From the human T2T-CHM13v2.0 reference genome, Homo sapiens, in NCBI RefSeq assembly GCF_009914755.1, contig NC_060942.1: a stretch of 64,000 bases of DNA. The stretch is one strand, 5' to 3'. Shown here one piece after another: positions 37,940 through 52,705 of the stretch. How positions within the stretch are numbered: the first letter of the stretch is position 1; every line of letters begins with the position of its first letter. Position numbers and translations under genes: made by a program. The notes beneath the pieces are model-generated. The model did no database searches. It was not told the DNA's origin and saw nothing but the letters and a program-made list of their open reading frames with translations.

Positions 37940-39599
37940 CAAATTTGTTAAAATATGAATTCTAATCCTTAAGAAGACTCAAGTTATCTACAATAGCTAT
38001 GAAACACTCAGAGGCTTCTTTAACAACTCATTTCTCTAGCTTTCATGAAGACCACTTAAAATCCTTCTTATGCATTCCCTCTCTGCTAACCAACGTCTAT
38101 AACTCATCTTATTTTTAATACAGTAAGAAGTTAGAAGATATAACATAGCTGTGTGCTAAATCAGTTCTACTGAAAGGTTTTCAAATTATTTGGTAAAGGA
38201 TTCACATATTCATGTGACACAGTGATTTCTTTTGATCCTGTTTTGCCATAAGGATCTTTAGACATGACATGCAATTTTATAAAGAAAGCTAGCCATCAGG
38301 TTAGAGATCCATTTGTGAAGAAAGACTCATATCCCTTGGCCTGTACTTACACAATGTTCAAATTGCATTATGTTTATTGAGATTTTTTTCATTGATCCAG
38401 ATAAATCTTGCTTGATGCCTTTTCAAAGAATTGCTTATCAGAGAACTTCTAGTAACCTTCTGGCATTTCAAAATTGCATATTCCCTGCATAACAACTTTA
38501 TTTGTTGTAATTGTCAAGTTTCAATGTTTCTAAAGATATAGCTAAAGCAGAAAGATGTATGTGTGAAGTATTATTGGATGCCTGGATTTCTTACAAACTC
38601 TGTACATTCTTTTTTTCTTACTTGAACTTGTTTGTCACACTTTATAAGCTTATATTTTCAAACTGGTTGACACACCTTATACCTACCATACTCATAGTTT
38701 AAATCATTTAAAATGCATGCTATTCACAGTACAATGTTTCTTAACTGAAATAATGTTAATAATTTTATCTAGAAAATGGGGCCAACTTCACAAAGCGCCT
38801 CCTCCCCATAAATGATATTATCTCAATCTAACACTGTACCCACATTAACCTTTCTTCTTAGTAGCATAAATAATTTCATGAGTTTAATAATCAAATATTT
38901 TATTAAATTATGAAATGGCATATCATATAAATATTTTAACAATTAGAAGAATTCTCTGCTATGTTTACACAAGCTCTTTTATTTTCTTTATTAATAAAGA
39001 ACAATCCTCACTACAGCTCAACTTCAGCTTCAATTAAAACACAAAAAAGCTTACTACATTATTTATATTAAGAATTAACCCAGGTTTTTCCCAGTGCTTG
39101 AAAATTTTTCTTATTGTAAATTGGCTTAAAAGGTCTTTCAACTACAGCAATACTTACCAAAGTGTTCTCTGTTAGTCTGCCCTGACGGAGTTTCCATAAG
39201 TAACTGTACAAAGAGCCAGTAAGTGTGGTTGAGACTTGGGAAAACTGGTTTTATTTTTTATCCTTTTATCTTACTTTCTTTTTATTTTATTGCCATTGTT
39301 GTCCAGATTCCTAATGAATATGGTACTTTCAGCCCTAGCTCGGAAGATATCTAGAAGTGGTCCCAGGAATTCACTCAACATGCTATCTGTTCTCCTGGGA
39401 TAGGATTTCATCAGAAAAACCAGTGAATTCAAGTCGTAGTGAGATATTTTCAGGCAATCCTAAGATGCCCATTCTTCTGGGCTTCCAGGACAAGTGCTGT
39501 TTAAAACCTGCAACCTCTTTAGTCCTCCAGGCCACCTATGCCTGTTACCTGTGGTCAACTACAACCCAGCATATAAGCCTCCCCAGTCCTTCATTTTCT

Positions 39600-40170
39600 C
39601 ATGGGCTTCTACCACCAGACACAATGTCCTGAACCACCTTCCTCCTAACTTAGTCCATTTTGAACTGACTGCTGGTCCCGCAATCCTCCATACTGTCACT
39701 CTCTTCACTGAGCATCTCTCCTCTCCTGGGCTTGATACATGCCTGCTGGGCCTCTGATTCCATGCTTCCTCAGCAGCCCAGTCCAGAGAAAGCTGCTTAT
39801 TCTATCTCATGCTCTGTGTCGTAGGGTTAAATGATGTCGTTGGCATTTTTCTCCTTCCCCAAAGTGGTTTCCAGGCCATATTCTACCATCACTTGATGAA
39901 TATCTCTTTTTGGGATATATGGTGTCCACCTTCACTTCTCTCTACCTCAGTTATCACCACTGTAAACCTACTTGTTGAAGAGTTCAGAAGCCAGTACATT
40001 TTTTTTTAATCACAACCCTAGCAACTGCCATCATCTTAAGTGACTTCACGTCTGGGCGGGTGATTTATGAAAAGGAGAGCTTATAGGGCCTTGGCTTCCC
40101 TGACTTCTCTATTCATCTTCTCTATTCCACTTCAGGCAGCCCACCGCCCAGCCACATCATAATATTGAAT
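39600..40170 (+). mobile_element. L2 endonuclease (APE) region relic
   Basis: VGIFLLPQSGFQAI resembles GVGVLLAPHCRFQTI; TAIILSDF resembles IILGDFN; downstream HxTS..H motif. Confidence 0.6.
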
Positions 40171-40309
40171 AACCCAATTCTCCTGAATTCATAAAATCAT
40201 AAATGAAATAACTGATACTAACTCTAAGCCTTAGCTGCTAATCACATGCAGTGTATGATCATTTTACTCTGTAATAATCATACATTATGTTACAGGGTTA
40301 CTGTGAGGG

Positions 40310-40915
40310 TTAGTCAGCGATAAGAAAATGAAGAGTTGGGAATAGTGATGGAAAGGATTTGAAAGGGGAGACTAGTAGCAAAGAGATCAGTGGAAAGTTC
40401 ATTTTATTTGGAGCGAAGAGGTTCCTGGAAGCCTGGATAGAGGCAGTAGCACAGGAGGTAAAGAGTGTCAGTTTCCTGAGACATGAGTGAGATAAAATCG
40501 GGAAGATGTAATAACCTCTTGGATTTAGAGAGGAGCAAGAAGTAGAGGCTGACTCCAAAGTGGCTAGCTTGGGAGAATAATTGGATTGTAGCTCTGTTCA
40601 TGCAGCTGGAAGGTGGAGCAGATAAATGATAAATTTCAGGTATTATTAAGCCAAACTGTCAAAAAAAAAAGGTAGATATATGTGTTTGGAATTCAGAAGA
40701 ATAGCCAGAGTAAAAGATAAAGCTGTGAAATCATCAGCATATAAATGTTATTGAAGTTAAGAGAGTAGATGAAACTACCCAGGGAGAGTGTGTAGAATTA
40801 GGAAAAGAAAGGATAAATGACTGAAGGACCTCAACATCATAGGCATGGCTAGGAGACACAGAGTCAATCACAGGGCCAGAGAAGGAAGTAATGGTTACAA
40901 ATGAAAATGATTTAA
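40310..40915 (-). mobile_element. L2 fragment
   Basis: GACTCCAAAGTGGCTAGCTTGGGAGAATAATTGGATTG; GTTTGGAATTCAGAAGA; CATCAGCATATAAATG. Confidence 0.75.
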
Positions 40916-41370
40916 ACAATAATACTAGCTAACATATATTGAGTGCTTATTATTACCAAGTAGTTTTGCTATGCATTTTATATGCATTATAGTAGAGGGG
41001 TTTAAAGCACACGTAGCGCTTGGGTTCAGATTATAATTCTACCACTTAGTAGCTATAGCCATTACCAAATTACTTAAGCACTCTGTGCTGCTATGGCTTG
41101 AGGATAATAAAAGTGCCAAATTTATAGAGTTGGCATGAAGCCTAAAATGGTTAATGGATCATTTAAGGCAATGTCTGACTCATAGAAAGCCCTATATAAG
41201 GATTAACAGTTATTTTTATTATTCCAATTTTAATTTCACAATAACTCAATGAGGAGACATGATTTTTATCACTATTTTTAAATTGAGAAAACTGAGATTC
41301 TAAAAGGTTACTTATAGCAAGTGTCACTGTTGATATTTGAAAGAGATCTACCTGAGAGTCCAAGTATTTA
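40916..41370. mobile_element. MIR cluster (antisense MIR interrupted by a sense MIR)
   Basis: AATAATACTAGCTAACATATATTGAGTGCTTA (-), CTACCACTTAGTAGCT...TTACTTAAGCACTCTGTG (+), GAGAAAACTGAGATTC (-). Confidence 0.65.
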
Positions 41371-42769
41371 ATGAGCAGGAAAGGATGTTGCAGAAAACAA
41401 AAAAGCAAATAGTTTTAAGAAGCAAAGTGATTAAAAGATCTAAATACAATGACGTAGTCATGAAAATAATCCATAAAGCACATTCTTTTAATTCATCTGC
41501 TAATTCATCTAATAGTAGCAATAGAGATTTGATGAAGATAACATGATTTCAGAGTTGGTCAATAACAAGGAACTGTTACCACATGGAAATTGAGCTACAA
41601 AGAGTCTGTTTACACTCCTACCCTGAACTGTGTACCAAGGACTCCCATGTGCAAACTTGTTCATCACCCAAGAGTCACTGTGCACAGAAGAGCTTATAGA
41701 TATGATCTGCAATTATGTCAATACAATGAAACCACTGGGTTCTCCTCAAATTTAGTGAGCTATACTTCTATCGGGAGTTTCACAATTCTCCATTTGGCAG
41801 ATAAGTTTTTTGCATACTACTTTGCACCATTCTCATGGACTTCATTTTAAAAAATTATTATCTTGGTGTCTCATAACATTTTCAATTTAATATGCTTTTA
41901 GTTAAAGAAAATATAATTTATTTCTGTTTTTCTTTAATCCATTTAAATTAATCCATTTAAATTAAATTAATAGAATTTAATCCATTTGTAATGTAAACTT
42001 CACAAAATGGATTTATAAATCCCTTGGCACCAGAAGCAGATTACAGGACATCATGCTTTTCCTTCTCCTTGTATGGTGCCACAGACATAAATGGCTCATA
42101 CGTATGGGACATTTTGTGTCAACTTTTCCTCACCAGTACATGAAGCTTATGTTCCCCTATGTTAATGGTGATTTAAGGGGAGGATCATTTAGCAAGCAAG
42201 TCAAGTGGTTCCCATTGCATTTCAGCTCTTTCAAATGTGGTGGCTGCAAATGATGCTGCTGTGCTTTGTTGTAGGTTTCTATATAACGCTGGGCATGGTG
42301 CCTTATTTAACAGTTCCCTAGTGCTATTTTGGAAAAGCCCTCTGCAGAAAATGCCAGAACACAGCTTGAACTCTTGTCCCCTGTCAGGGAGAATCTTTCT
42401 ATCAGCGGGATTTCTCAGCTGTTTCAGAAATCATTCAGCCCTTTACCGGTAAATTTTGTTCCTGTAAAATATGCCAACTGTAGCTTATCCTAATTGTTCA
42501 TCCTAAGAGCTTTAGAAGCAAAGATTTTTATCTGGGAACTTCAGCATTTGCTACAAACTTTTATACAGAAATCTTAATTTTAATTCACTAAAGATTTTCT
42601 CTTGTTTTTCAACTCACTTTTAAAAATATATTAATCCTTATTTTCATTTTCATCAATAAAATGAGATTTTCTTTTTCTGTTAAGCTAGTCCACCTGCAAT
42701 TAACAACAATAATTTGCTAAATTAAGAGTTAGTATATCCTTTGTTATGTTATATACCAGATTATCATTC

Positions 42770-42912
42770 ATTTTTATTCTTTGTGGTGCTATTATTATCC
42801 CTATTTTACAGCTAACAAAACTGAGACATAGAGAGGATTAAAAAAATTCTGAAAGTTAGTAAATGGTAAAACCAGTATTTGAATCCAGGTAGTCTCATTC
42901 CAGAGCCATATT
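42770..42912 (-). mobile_element. MIR
   Basis: ATTATTATCCCTATTTTACAGCTAACAAAACTGAGACATAGAGAGG...ATTTGAATCCAGGTAGTCTCATTCCAGAGCC. Confidence 0.85.
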
Positions 42913-44544
42913 TGATGAACAAGGAAGATCTAGAACATTAAGTTAATGTATCTTCCTTGTGATGAATCAATGGTAACTATTCTGATATCTGGATTAAGAC
43001 AATTCTTTACAGCCTTTGGTGAGTTTCAAAAGTCCAGTGTGAGTTAATTATTTGGAACTCAGAATACAATGCTAGAGAGGTCTGGTGCTCTGCCCAGCCC
43101 ACAAAATCTCATTTGAAATCTAAAGTCGGTGAAATACAGCATATTTATAGTAATTAATGTCAAAGCTATGATGTTGCAATATCAGACATCAAGGAAAACA
43201 TAAAACAGTAAGAAACTTTAAAAAATTTTTAATAGTATTGCTTGAATAAATGTTAGGTTTAATTATACAATGAAGGGAAATATAAAGATCTATTATAGTA
43301 AGAAAGCCATAAGAAAAGAACTGAATAAGGGATGTTACAAGACATGCTAATTTTCAATGAAGTGGAAAAATTGCAAGCAGAGAAACAGAAAAGCAGGCAG
43401 GTCGGGATGGCAGAGGGCCAGGTGGTATGCAGAAAACTGAATACACACAGTACTAACAGGTCATACACTCAAAGGGTTCCTCTCACTTTTAAGTATGGTA
43501 TGTTTTGTGGAACACACACACACTCACACACATGCCACATTTCTACTACCCTGTCTGACCACCTAACATTAATTGCTAAGAATGGGGCCAGCCCAAGGAT
43601 ATCCATGCCTGAAGGACTGTAGAGTAGTGAACAGTCTCCTGAGTTTCCAGCCTAAGGAAAAAGAGTAAATGGGAAAACAGAACATACCTTTCTTAAAACT
43701 TCAATCAACTGTTTGGGCATCATCAAAATTGGTTTCTGTGGGCTTAAGTAGGAATAATATCAATTTAATGGATTGAGATAACATGGGAAATCTACAGTAC
43801 GTTTTGCAGCACATAGTAGATAACCAATAGCTGGTAGTTAATAGTATTACAGGAGAAAACAGATGTGCTTCCTCAAGCCCCCAGCCCAAAAAGGAAAGAA
43901 AACATAGTGCATATCTATCTGGTGTATTTTAAGTCACTTTTTGGATTTGAGGTTGAGATTTGGAAGATAAAACCTCTAGAGATGTTTGTCTTTCATTCAC
44001 TGTGGTTGCATTTTTCATCACGTTTTCTCGAAAGCATTTACTCCTTTGCCCAAAATGCATTTCTGTACGTTAGCTATTCTCAAACTTTTTAGTCTCCAAG
44101 GCCTTCAAGCTTGTAAAAATTATTCAAAGGACTTCGTTTGTACAGGTTACATCTGTTGATATTTATCAACTTAGAAATTAAAATTAAGAAATTTAAAATT
44201 TTTTTACTTACCTATTAAGTCAAAAATAACAAACCATTTACATATTACCATACTTTATTAAAAATAAACTATAATTTATAAACAAAAATTTAGTAAGAAA
44301 GACAGCATGTTTTCACATTTTTGCAAATCTCTTTAACGTCTGGCTTAATAAAGAACTGTTGAATTCTCGTAATTGCTTCTGCATTTGATCTGTTACAATA
44401 TGTTGTTTTGGTTGAAGTATGTGAAGAAAATCCAGTCTCACACATATATGTAGTCAGAAAAGGCAAGAGCATTTTCATAGCCTTTTCAGAAAATTGTGGA
44501 TATTCTTTTATATAGCACCTAAACTCAAAAAGTGGTTGTTTCTT

Positions 44545-45318
44545 TTAAAAAAAATTTAATTAACAAATATAAATTGTATACTATATACAAAATGTTGTTT
44601 TGAAATATGTAGACATTGTGGAATGGCTAAATTGAGCTAACATATGCACTACCTCCTTTTTTGTAGTGAAAACACTTAAAATCTATTATCTTAGCAATTT
44701 TCGAGAATACAATACATTGTTATTAACTATAGTCACTGCGTTGTGCTGAAAATTTTACTCACCATTATTCTTGCATCATCAGTGCAAATGGTAACACAGT
44801 GAATAAATCTGGTAACATGTTAGCATTATGATTTATTCCTCCTAACTGAAATGTATCCTTCAACCAATATCCCCCCACTCCCCACCCTAACCTCTGCTAA
44901 CCACCATTCTATTCTACATTTCTGTGAATTAAACTTTTTTAGATTCCACATTTGAGATCATGTGGTATTTGTCTCTCTGGGCCTGGCTTATTTCACTTAG
45001 TATAATGTCCCTCAGGTTCATCCATGTTGTTGCAAATGACAAGATTTCCTTCTTTTTAAAGGCTGAATAGTATTCTATTGTGTATATATGACACACTTTT
45101 AATCCCCTTATCTGTGGATGTGCACTTAGGTTAATTCCCCATCTTAACTGTTTTAAATAATGCTGCAATTAATATGGGAATGCAGATATTTCTTTGACCT
45201 ACAGATTTCATTTCCTTTGAATAAATACCCACTAGTGGGATTGCTGGATCATATGGCAGTTCTATATTTAATAGGAACCTCCACACTGTTTTTCATAACA
45301 GCTGTACTAGCTTACATT
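44545..45318 (-). mobile_element. L1MA8-like 3' end inside Charlie1
   Basis: ORF 44929-45168 (EYYSAFKKKEILSFATTWMNL); TSD GTG(G/A)TTGTTTCTT at 44532-44544 and 45325-45337. Confidence 0.92.
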
Positions 45319-46004
45319 GAACATGTGATTGTTTCTTAAAGGTGAGTTGCAGTGTAGAATCTTAAATCATATTAATAAACTTTGCATAATTTATTACATT
45401 AAAATCCATTATCTGTCTCATACTTCATATATATCCTTAACTTAGGTATGATTTTATAACATCATGCATTGATCATTTGGAGGATATTGGTTTACAGATC
45501 TTACGTAGGCCTTCCAAATATTGACCCATTTTACTTAACGATAACAAAAACACGAATTTTGTTAATATAACCATTGATCTCACCAATCTTTTATCTCAAT
45601 CAAAAGTCTTTTAGGTACTGGGAAGCTGTCATGCTCATGGAGACAAAGGCAAGTTTTCCAAAATTCTAATTTTTGCTAGAAAGCTCCAATTTTATCACTG
45701 GCAACAAATACTGTCATTTGTTTTACTTGAAGTGACAGCTTAATTCTTTTTTTTCAATTAAAAAAAAAAACCTGTGAAATATCCAAGATTGAATAACCAT
45801 AGTTTGTCTGTCAGTCTTCTTTCACTTAAAATGATGTTCCACAAAAACACATGTAGCCTAGCTCACAATCAGTTGCACAGATGTTTCACGTGTGTGCACA
45901 CAATATATTCTTCAGTGTGCAGCAAGTCTTTATGTATACTTTCCATTTCATCACACAAAATGTTAAAAAGACATATATTTGAGGGTGATATTTAAGAAAA
46001 TTAA

Positions 46005-46271
<267 letters not shown>

Positions 46272-48100
46272 GAAAATTAGTAATTTTTAATGTTTCATCA
46301 AGGACACCCTGAAGTAAAACAAACTTTTAAAAAACCTGTAGTTAAAAATTACTAGTGAAGTCTGAGAGAACTCTCTCAATTCTTGTGGAGGTGCTGAAAG
46401 TTTTACTCATCATTGTTCTTGCACCATCAGTGCAAATGGTAACACAGTGAATAAAGCTGGTAACATGTTAGCATTATGATGAAGAGTGTATTGATTTTAT
46501 GGATACCCTGAAAGAGTCTCAGGGTCTCCCAGGAGCCCATGGATCACCCTTTGAGGAACAGAACCATACAGAATGCTTCTTTCTAAGTTTGCCTTGTTTT
46601 GTCTTATTTTAAAGCATCTCCCTTCTGACCTACAGCTTTTAGGTCATTGAGTTACAGAATCCAAAATTGTGACTATGCCGTAAGAATATTCAGAATAAAA
46701 TTCAGATAATAGGTGTTGGTTAAAATGAATTTAGTAATCTGTTTGCTGACAGTTTTGAAATGCTGTAGGAGATATTGATGCTCAATGGATGCTTAATAGG
46801 AGACTCTGTCATTGATTGGAACTTCCAGGGTATTTCTTCTGAAAGGACCCCAGAGAAGAGAGAATAAAATTGTTGGCACCTGCCAGTTGCTTAATACCCT
46901 CCAAAAAGGCTGAGTTTCTAAATAAATAAATGCTGTACTTATATAATACCTTGCTTGCGTAATTGCTGATATTTGCTCCCTAATTGTTCCAAGAGAAAGG
47001 AAATGGATGGAATTATGTCCTAATGTTGTGCCAAGAGCAAAGAAACTAGGTATATCTTCAGCCCTACATATAATTTGTTTCAGGGCCAGTCTGTTGCTGT
47101 CAGTGGCATACTCTGCTATTTACTTTTAGCAACCAGGATTTAATTAAGTGCAGTTCATTGCCCCCTTCACAGTTCTTATCAGATCCTTCAGAAGTGTAAA
47201 GCCACTGTTGCTGCCTGAAACATGCTGCCCAAATGGGAAAATTATGGGAAAAATATATCTATTTCTTCCCCAGAACTGGATGGGAAAGTACCCAAAAGGA
47301 GAATATATATAAATGAGTGAATTTCTTACATGTGTAAATATGGCAAGTTAGTTAATTAAAGCCTATTCCGTTTGGCTCTCAGATACTATTAGGCTAAAAA
47401 TTTGCTTAGCTCTTAGTCCCCACTCCACAAAGCACTGTCACCCTCACCACCACAGTCTGGCATCTAGCAGCATTTCCTCTGAGCGTTAGAGTGCAGGACC
47501 TGGACCTATTGATTTGGGGCAGAGACAGACACAGTTCTTTCTCAGAGGTACATTTGTATTATCCCAGCTTATGAAACCCCAAAGCAGTTTATTAAATTCT
47601 GTAGTGATAAATGTAAGTGTTACAAGGATACTCTCCATAGAAAGGGAAATAGAACCAGGGAGTTTCTTAAGATTCAGTCAGAATAAGGCCAATTAGCTGG
47701 GTCACTCAAATATTTGAGAGCACTGAGCTAAGCATATATTTCAATAGCAAAGGTAAATTTGTCATTACAGTCTTTTCCATGTGAACTTGTCATTGTCATT
47801 TTTGCCTGGGCATCTCCTCTTCACATTGGAAAGAGTGAGGCTTGTCCATTGTCAGATAGGTCCCAGGCATCTCAGCATTACTTCTTATCGTTGTCTGTCC
47901 TTTGATTACTACGTAGCCTCCTTTAGCTAGAAATTAAATGAAGTAATGGATACGGATCACATAATAAAATGCTTGGCATAAGTTAGGAGAGCAAGTATTA
48001 ATCCCCTTTCTGATGCTTGCCTTTTCTATGCTTCTGATGAACACTTTATTCTCTTAGGTATCCAAATACCCTAAGTGGAATTATTGTTAAGTCTTGTCAC

Positions 48101-48345
48101 TAATGGTTAATATTTACTGAGTGCTCACTGTGCACTAGGCATTACATTTAATAAATTTTTAAAATACATTATTTCCTTTACTCCTCACAGCAATCTGTGA
48201 CAAGTGCTATAATTATTTCCGTGTTATAGAAGAGGAAACTGAGATACGATATTTAACTAATTTACCTGTCTGGAAAAGGGCAGAGCTGAGATTGGAATCT
48301 AGGCAGTCTAACTCCACCAACCATGTTTCTGGTTGGTACCCTACA
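48101..48345 (-). mobile_element. Near full-length MIR
   Basis: TAATATTTACTGAGTGCTCACTG...GAGGAAACTGAGATAC...GCAGAGCTGAGATTGGAATCTAGGCAGTCTAACTCC. Confidence 0.85.
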
Positions 48346-48686
48346 CTGACACTCAAGTGTGACCTGCCTAGGCATCATTCTTTATCTTCCTAAAGGGACT
48401 TTGCATACTCTAGCTCACTTCATTATGTGTTGATTTACAGTTTAATTCTCAGAGGACATCTTGGTTCCTATATTTCTATATTCTATATGGGAACATGCTA
48501 CCATCACCTTAATTCATAAGCATTTCTGATTGCTGAATTCATAAATTAGAAAAATATGATACTCATGCCCACAATGAAAGCAATATTCCACTATTCAGGA
48601 AAATAGGTTCGAGTAATTATCCTAGCATACATTCACATTTTACATCAGTATTTATTGATCACTTACTGTTTTCCAGGCATTGTTTT

Positions 48687-48989
<303 letters not shown>

Positions 48990-49027
48990 CCAGGCATTAT
49001 TTTAGGTACTACTGATACACCTTAGAC

Positions 49028-49253
49028 CAGAGATTGTCAGCCTCTTCACATTGACATTTCAGGCAAATCATCCTTTGTTGTGGGCAGCTGTCCTGTGCTT
49101 TGTGGCATGCTTAGCAGCATCCTTGCCTTCCTCCCACAAGATGCCAAATAGCATCACCCTGTCTCCAGTTGTGACAACCAAAACTGTCCCCAGACATTGC
49201 CAAGTGTCCTCTGGAGAGAAACAGCAAAATTGCTCCTGGTTGAGACCCTCTTG
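49028..49253 (-). mobile_element. MER20 (hAT-Charlie MITE)
   Basis: CCAGTTGTGACAACCAAAACTGTCCCCAGACATTGCCAAGTGTCC...CTGGTTGAGA is reverse-complement MER20 consensus. Confidence 0.92.
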
Positions 49254-51027
49254 CCTGGGCCCTGCTTTCATGAAGCTTCTATATGAATGGACTGAAAAAA
49301 GAAGACAAGGATAAATAATAGAATTGCAGGTAATATTGATAGAGCAGGAGGGAGGGGCCTATTTAAGTATGATAGTCAGATACCTCACCTCCAAGCCTTC
49401 TTCACACCCCAAAGCACTGCTCAAACTAAACTTCTCTGAATTGATTAAGTGGCATAGTACTGCAAAATCTCCTTCAGCAAAAGGCTTTTATGGGCCTACT
49501 TCGATTATAGCTCATGTTCAAGCTATAAACACAGCTCTTCCTGACCTACTCCAGGACTCAGAAGGAAAGAAATACAAGTTAAATTAAACTCAGAATTGGT
49601 GGCAGTGTTTTTGTTTGTTTATTTCTTTATTTTCCTTATTCTTATTCTGCTCCCATGGAGTCTTAGTGCTTCTCTCTATTTAGAAATGAAGAGGGACTGC
49701 AAGCTCAGCTGCCAGCCTGGCAGATAACAACAGCAGAAGTTGCAACATCACCTTCTGTTCTGTTTTTATTTGGACACATTTCCCTGAGATTTACTGAGAT
49801 GGGATTAGGATAATAGTTCAGAGATTATTTTCGCCTAGCCCAGTGAATACTTGAAAAACAAACTATCTTTTCAGGTATAAAAGATTGCACTTCAAAAGTT
49901 CCAATAAAAGCCTTTGATGCAAATTTCTCCTGATCTAAGTTTCAAACTCTGCCAGAAATGACTGTTAATCTACAGTTGGACAATCAGAGATGATAATGCT
50001 TTTTATATTTTCATATGATTATCACCATTTTGTCAGCAGCTTCCTATTTGCACCTTGCAGACCATTTCATTACCTCTCTCAGCAACAGCTATGGGATGGT
50101 GTGACTGACTCCCTGCCTGCCTGTCCCTCCTCTGAGTTCTGTCTCCTTTTCCTCAACACTCTCAGGCTGAAAGACAGGCATCCATAGATTAACAATTCTC
50201 CCTCATTGGTCTGTAGACAATTGTCCTTCTGGCTTTACTCTGTATTGATGCTCCAGGTCCAATAGCTGACCCTTGTTGTCCTTCCTACCCTCTTTCTCTA
50301 TTCTTATAGGAACTGCATTGTCAGCAAAAATACCTAATGCCCATGGCAAGGACCTCCAGTGCCAATCACAGACATTCATTCGTTCACTTATTTGTTCATT
50401 CATCCTATAGACATTTATGGAATGCAACTGTAATTCAGACCACATGCTAGGTACAGATACCCCTTGATAGTCCTACCAATCTTTCTAGGCCTCTTGCTAT
50501 TGGGTGCTATGCTTTAACCAACTGCCTAGAATGTCTCCCATGATTTGAACCTAAGCCCAGCTAAATTGTTTGCTTCATCTTTAAAAACCAATTTGAAGTT
50601 TATATTCCTTCCAGCCTTGATCTAGCCTACCCCAGAACTGGCTAGTTCCCTATTTTCATGTTAAAGTTTAAAAGTTTATTCTAAAAGCAAAGGTTTGTTT
50701 TTTTCTTATGGACTTCTAGCTGCTTTTCATTGCATAGAAAGGACTAATTGGCAGTGGCGGATGTTGTTGTTGGGTTGGTTTGTTGTTGTTTGCTTTTTTG
50801 GGAGGGGAAGGCATTTGAATTTTACCAGGTATCATCAATTTACATATCTATAAACTTGGGGTAAAGACTTTATTATTAATCAAATAACGGATGTGCTATT
50901 TTATAATAAATGTTGCTACTAGTAAAAATAAATATTAAAATAAAAATCTATCTAGAATATTTCTAGAACAGAGTAGATAATATATGAATATAAGGGTAAG
51001 ACAGATAATAATCTTAACTATCTATTG

Positions 51028-51590
51028 AATCATAGAATCTCAAAGATCTACAAGAACTTATTAGTGACTTACCAAATCCCATGCCTAAAAATAATTATAA
51101 CTATTAATAATGTGATAACTAGCATTTAATGAATAATGTCTATGTACTGTGTTATCAGTGAAGCATATGATTGATTTAGTTTAATACTGGAAATTTCTCC
51201 TCTCCAGCACTGGGAACTGGCCACTGATCACAGCAGCCCCAGATGTTTCACAGCAACTCTGAATATTACAGACTTATTCCGTTTACCCAGGCTAAACCTT
51301 CCCCCTCTGGAACCTGGCCGATCAGGCCTAGTCTCTCTTCCTATGACAGCCCCTTAAATATTTGACAACAATCATACTTTTCTTGAATCTTCTTTTATCC
51401 AGGTGGAACAATATCAATAATTCATTTAATCAATCTATCCACTTATAGTATGAGATTCTTTTCTGGAGGAGTTCCTCCAATCCCTGGATTCAACCTATCC
51501 CTCCTATTGAATATCATTGCGTCTCAAATTGAGGCCCAGATAACCAAACATTGTGTTTCAGGCATAAACAGAGCTGGGGAATTCTCCATT
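51028..51590 (-). mobile_element. L3/CR1 3' fragment(s)
   Basis: GAATCATAGAATCT tail; CTATGACAGCCCCTTAAATATTTGACAACAATCA...TCTTCTTTTATCCAGG; GCCCAGATAACCAAACA. Confidence 0.65.
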
Positions 51591-52198
51591 TGGTTCTTTA
51601 TTTTATTTTAATGTAAATAAGTTGATATAAGGACTTCAGCTTGGAGTTGAGTGGTGGAGAGAGATAGAGAGCAAGGATAGAAAGCATTGTTTGCCAGAGA
51701 GCTGAGTTTCATAAATTAAGTTACATGCGTGCTGACTTTCATGTATGCCAAGAGTTTAAAAGTAATCCCTGAAAAACAGTCACATAGAACAGTTATGGCA
51801 CAGCATAACCCACCAAATAGGCATTAATATCCTTCCCAGCACCATTATTATATAAGGATTGTACTATATTCAGAACTTGTTTAACTACTTTATAGCTGCC
51901 TTTCAATTAATATACATTGATTATTCACTGGATATGAGGTACTGCTACAGTAGGCAGAAGCTTGCTAATGAGGACTCACCACATTCTTCCCAAAGCAGCA
52001 GAGAGTCTGTGAGAAGCCACTGAGGCATTCTGGGAACCCTCTAGGGCATCCTAGAGCCAAATTGAATGTGGCATCAGGATGACAAGAATTAAGGCACTTG
52101 GGAGCTGCACTGGGGTCCCCCCTTAAAGGTTGCCCAACTGGAAGCTGGGTGTCTCTGAGAAACTCCCACCCTTCATGTTGGGATTATCTGGGCTTTAG

Positions 52199-52705
<507 letters not shown>

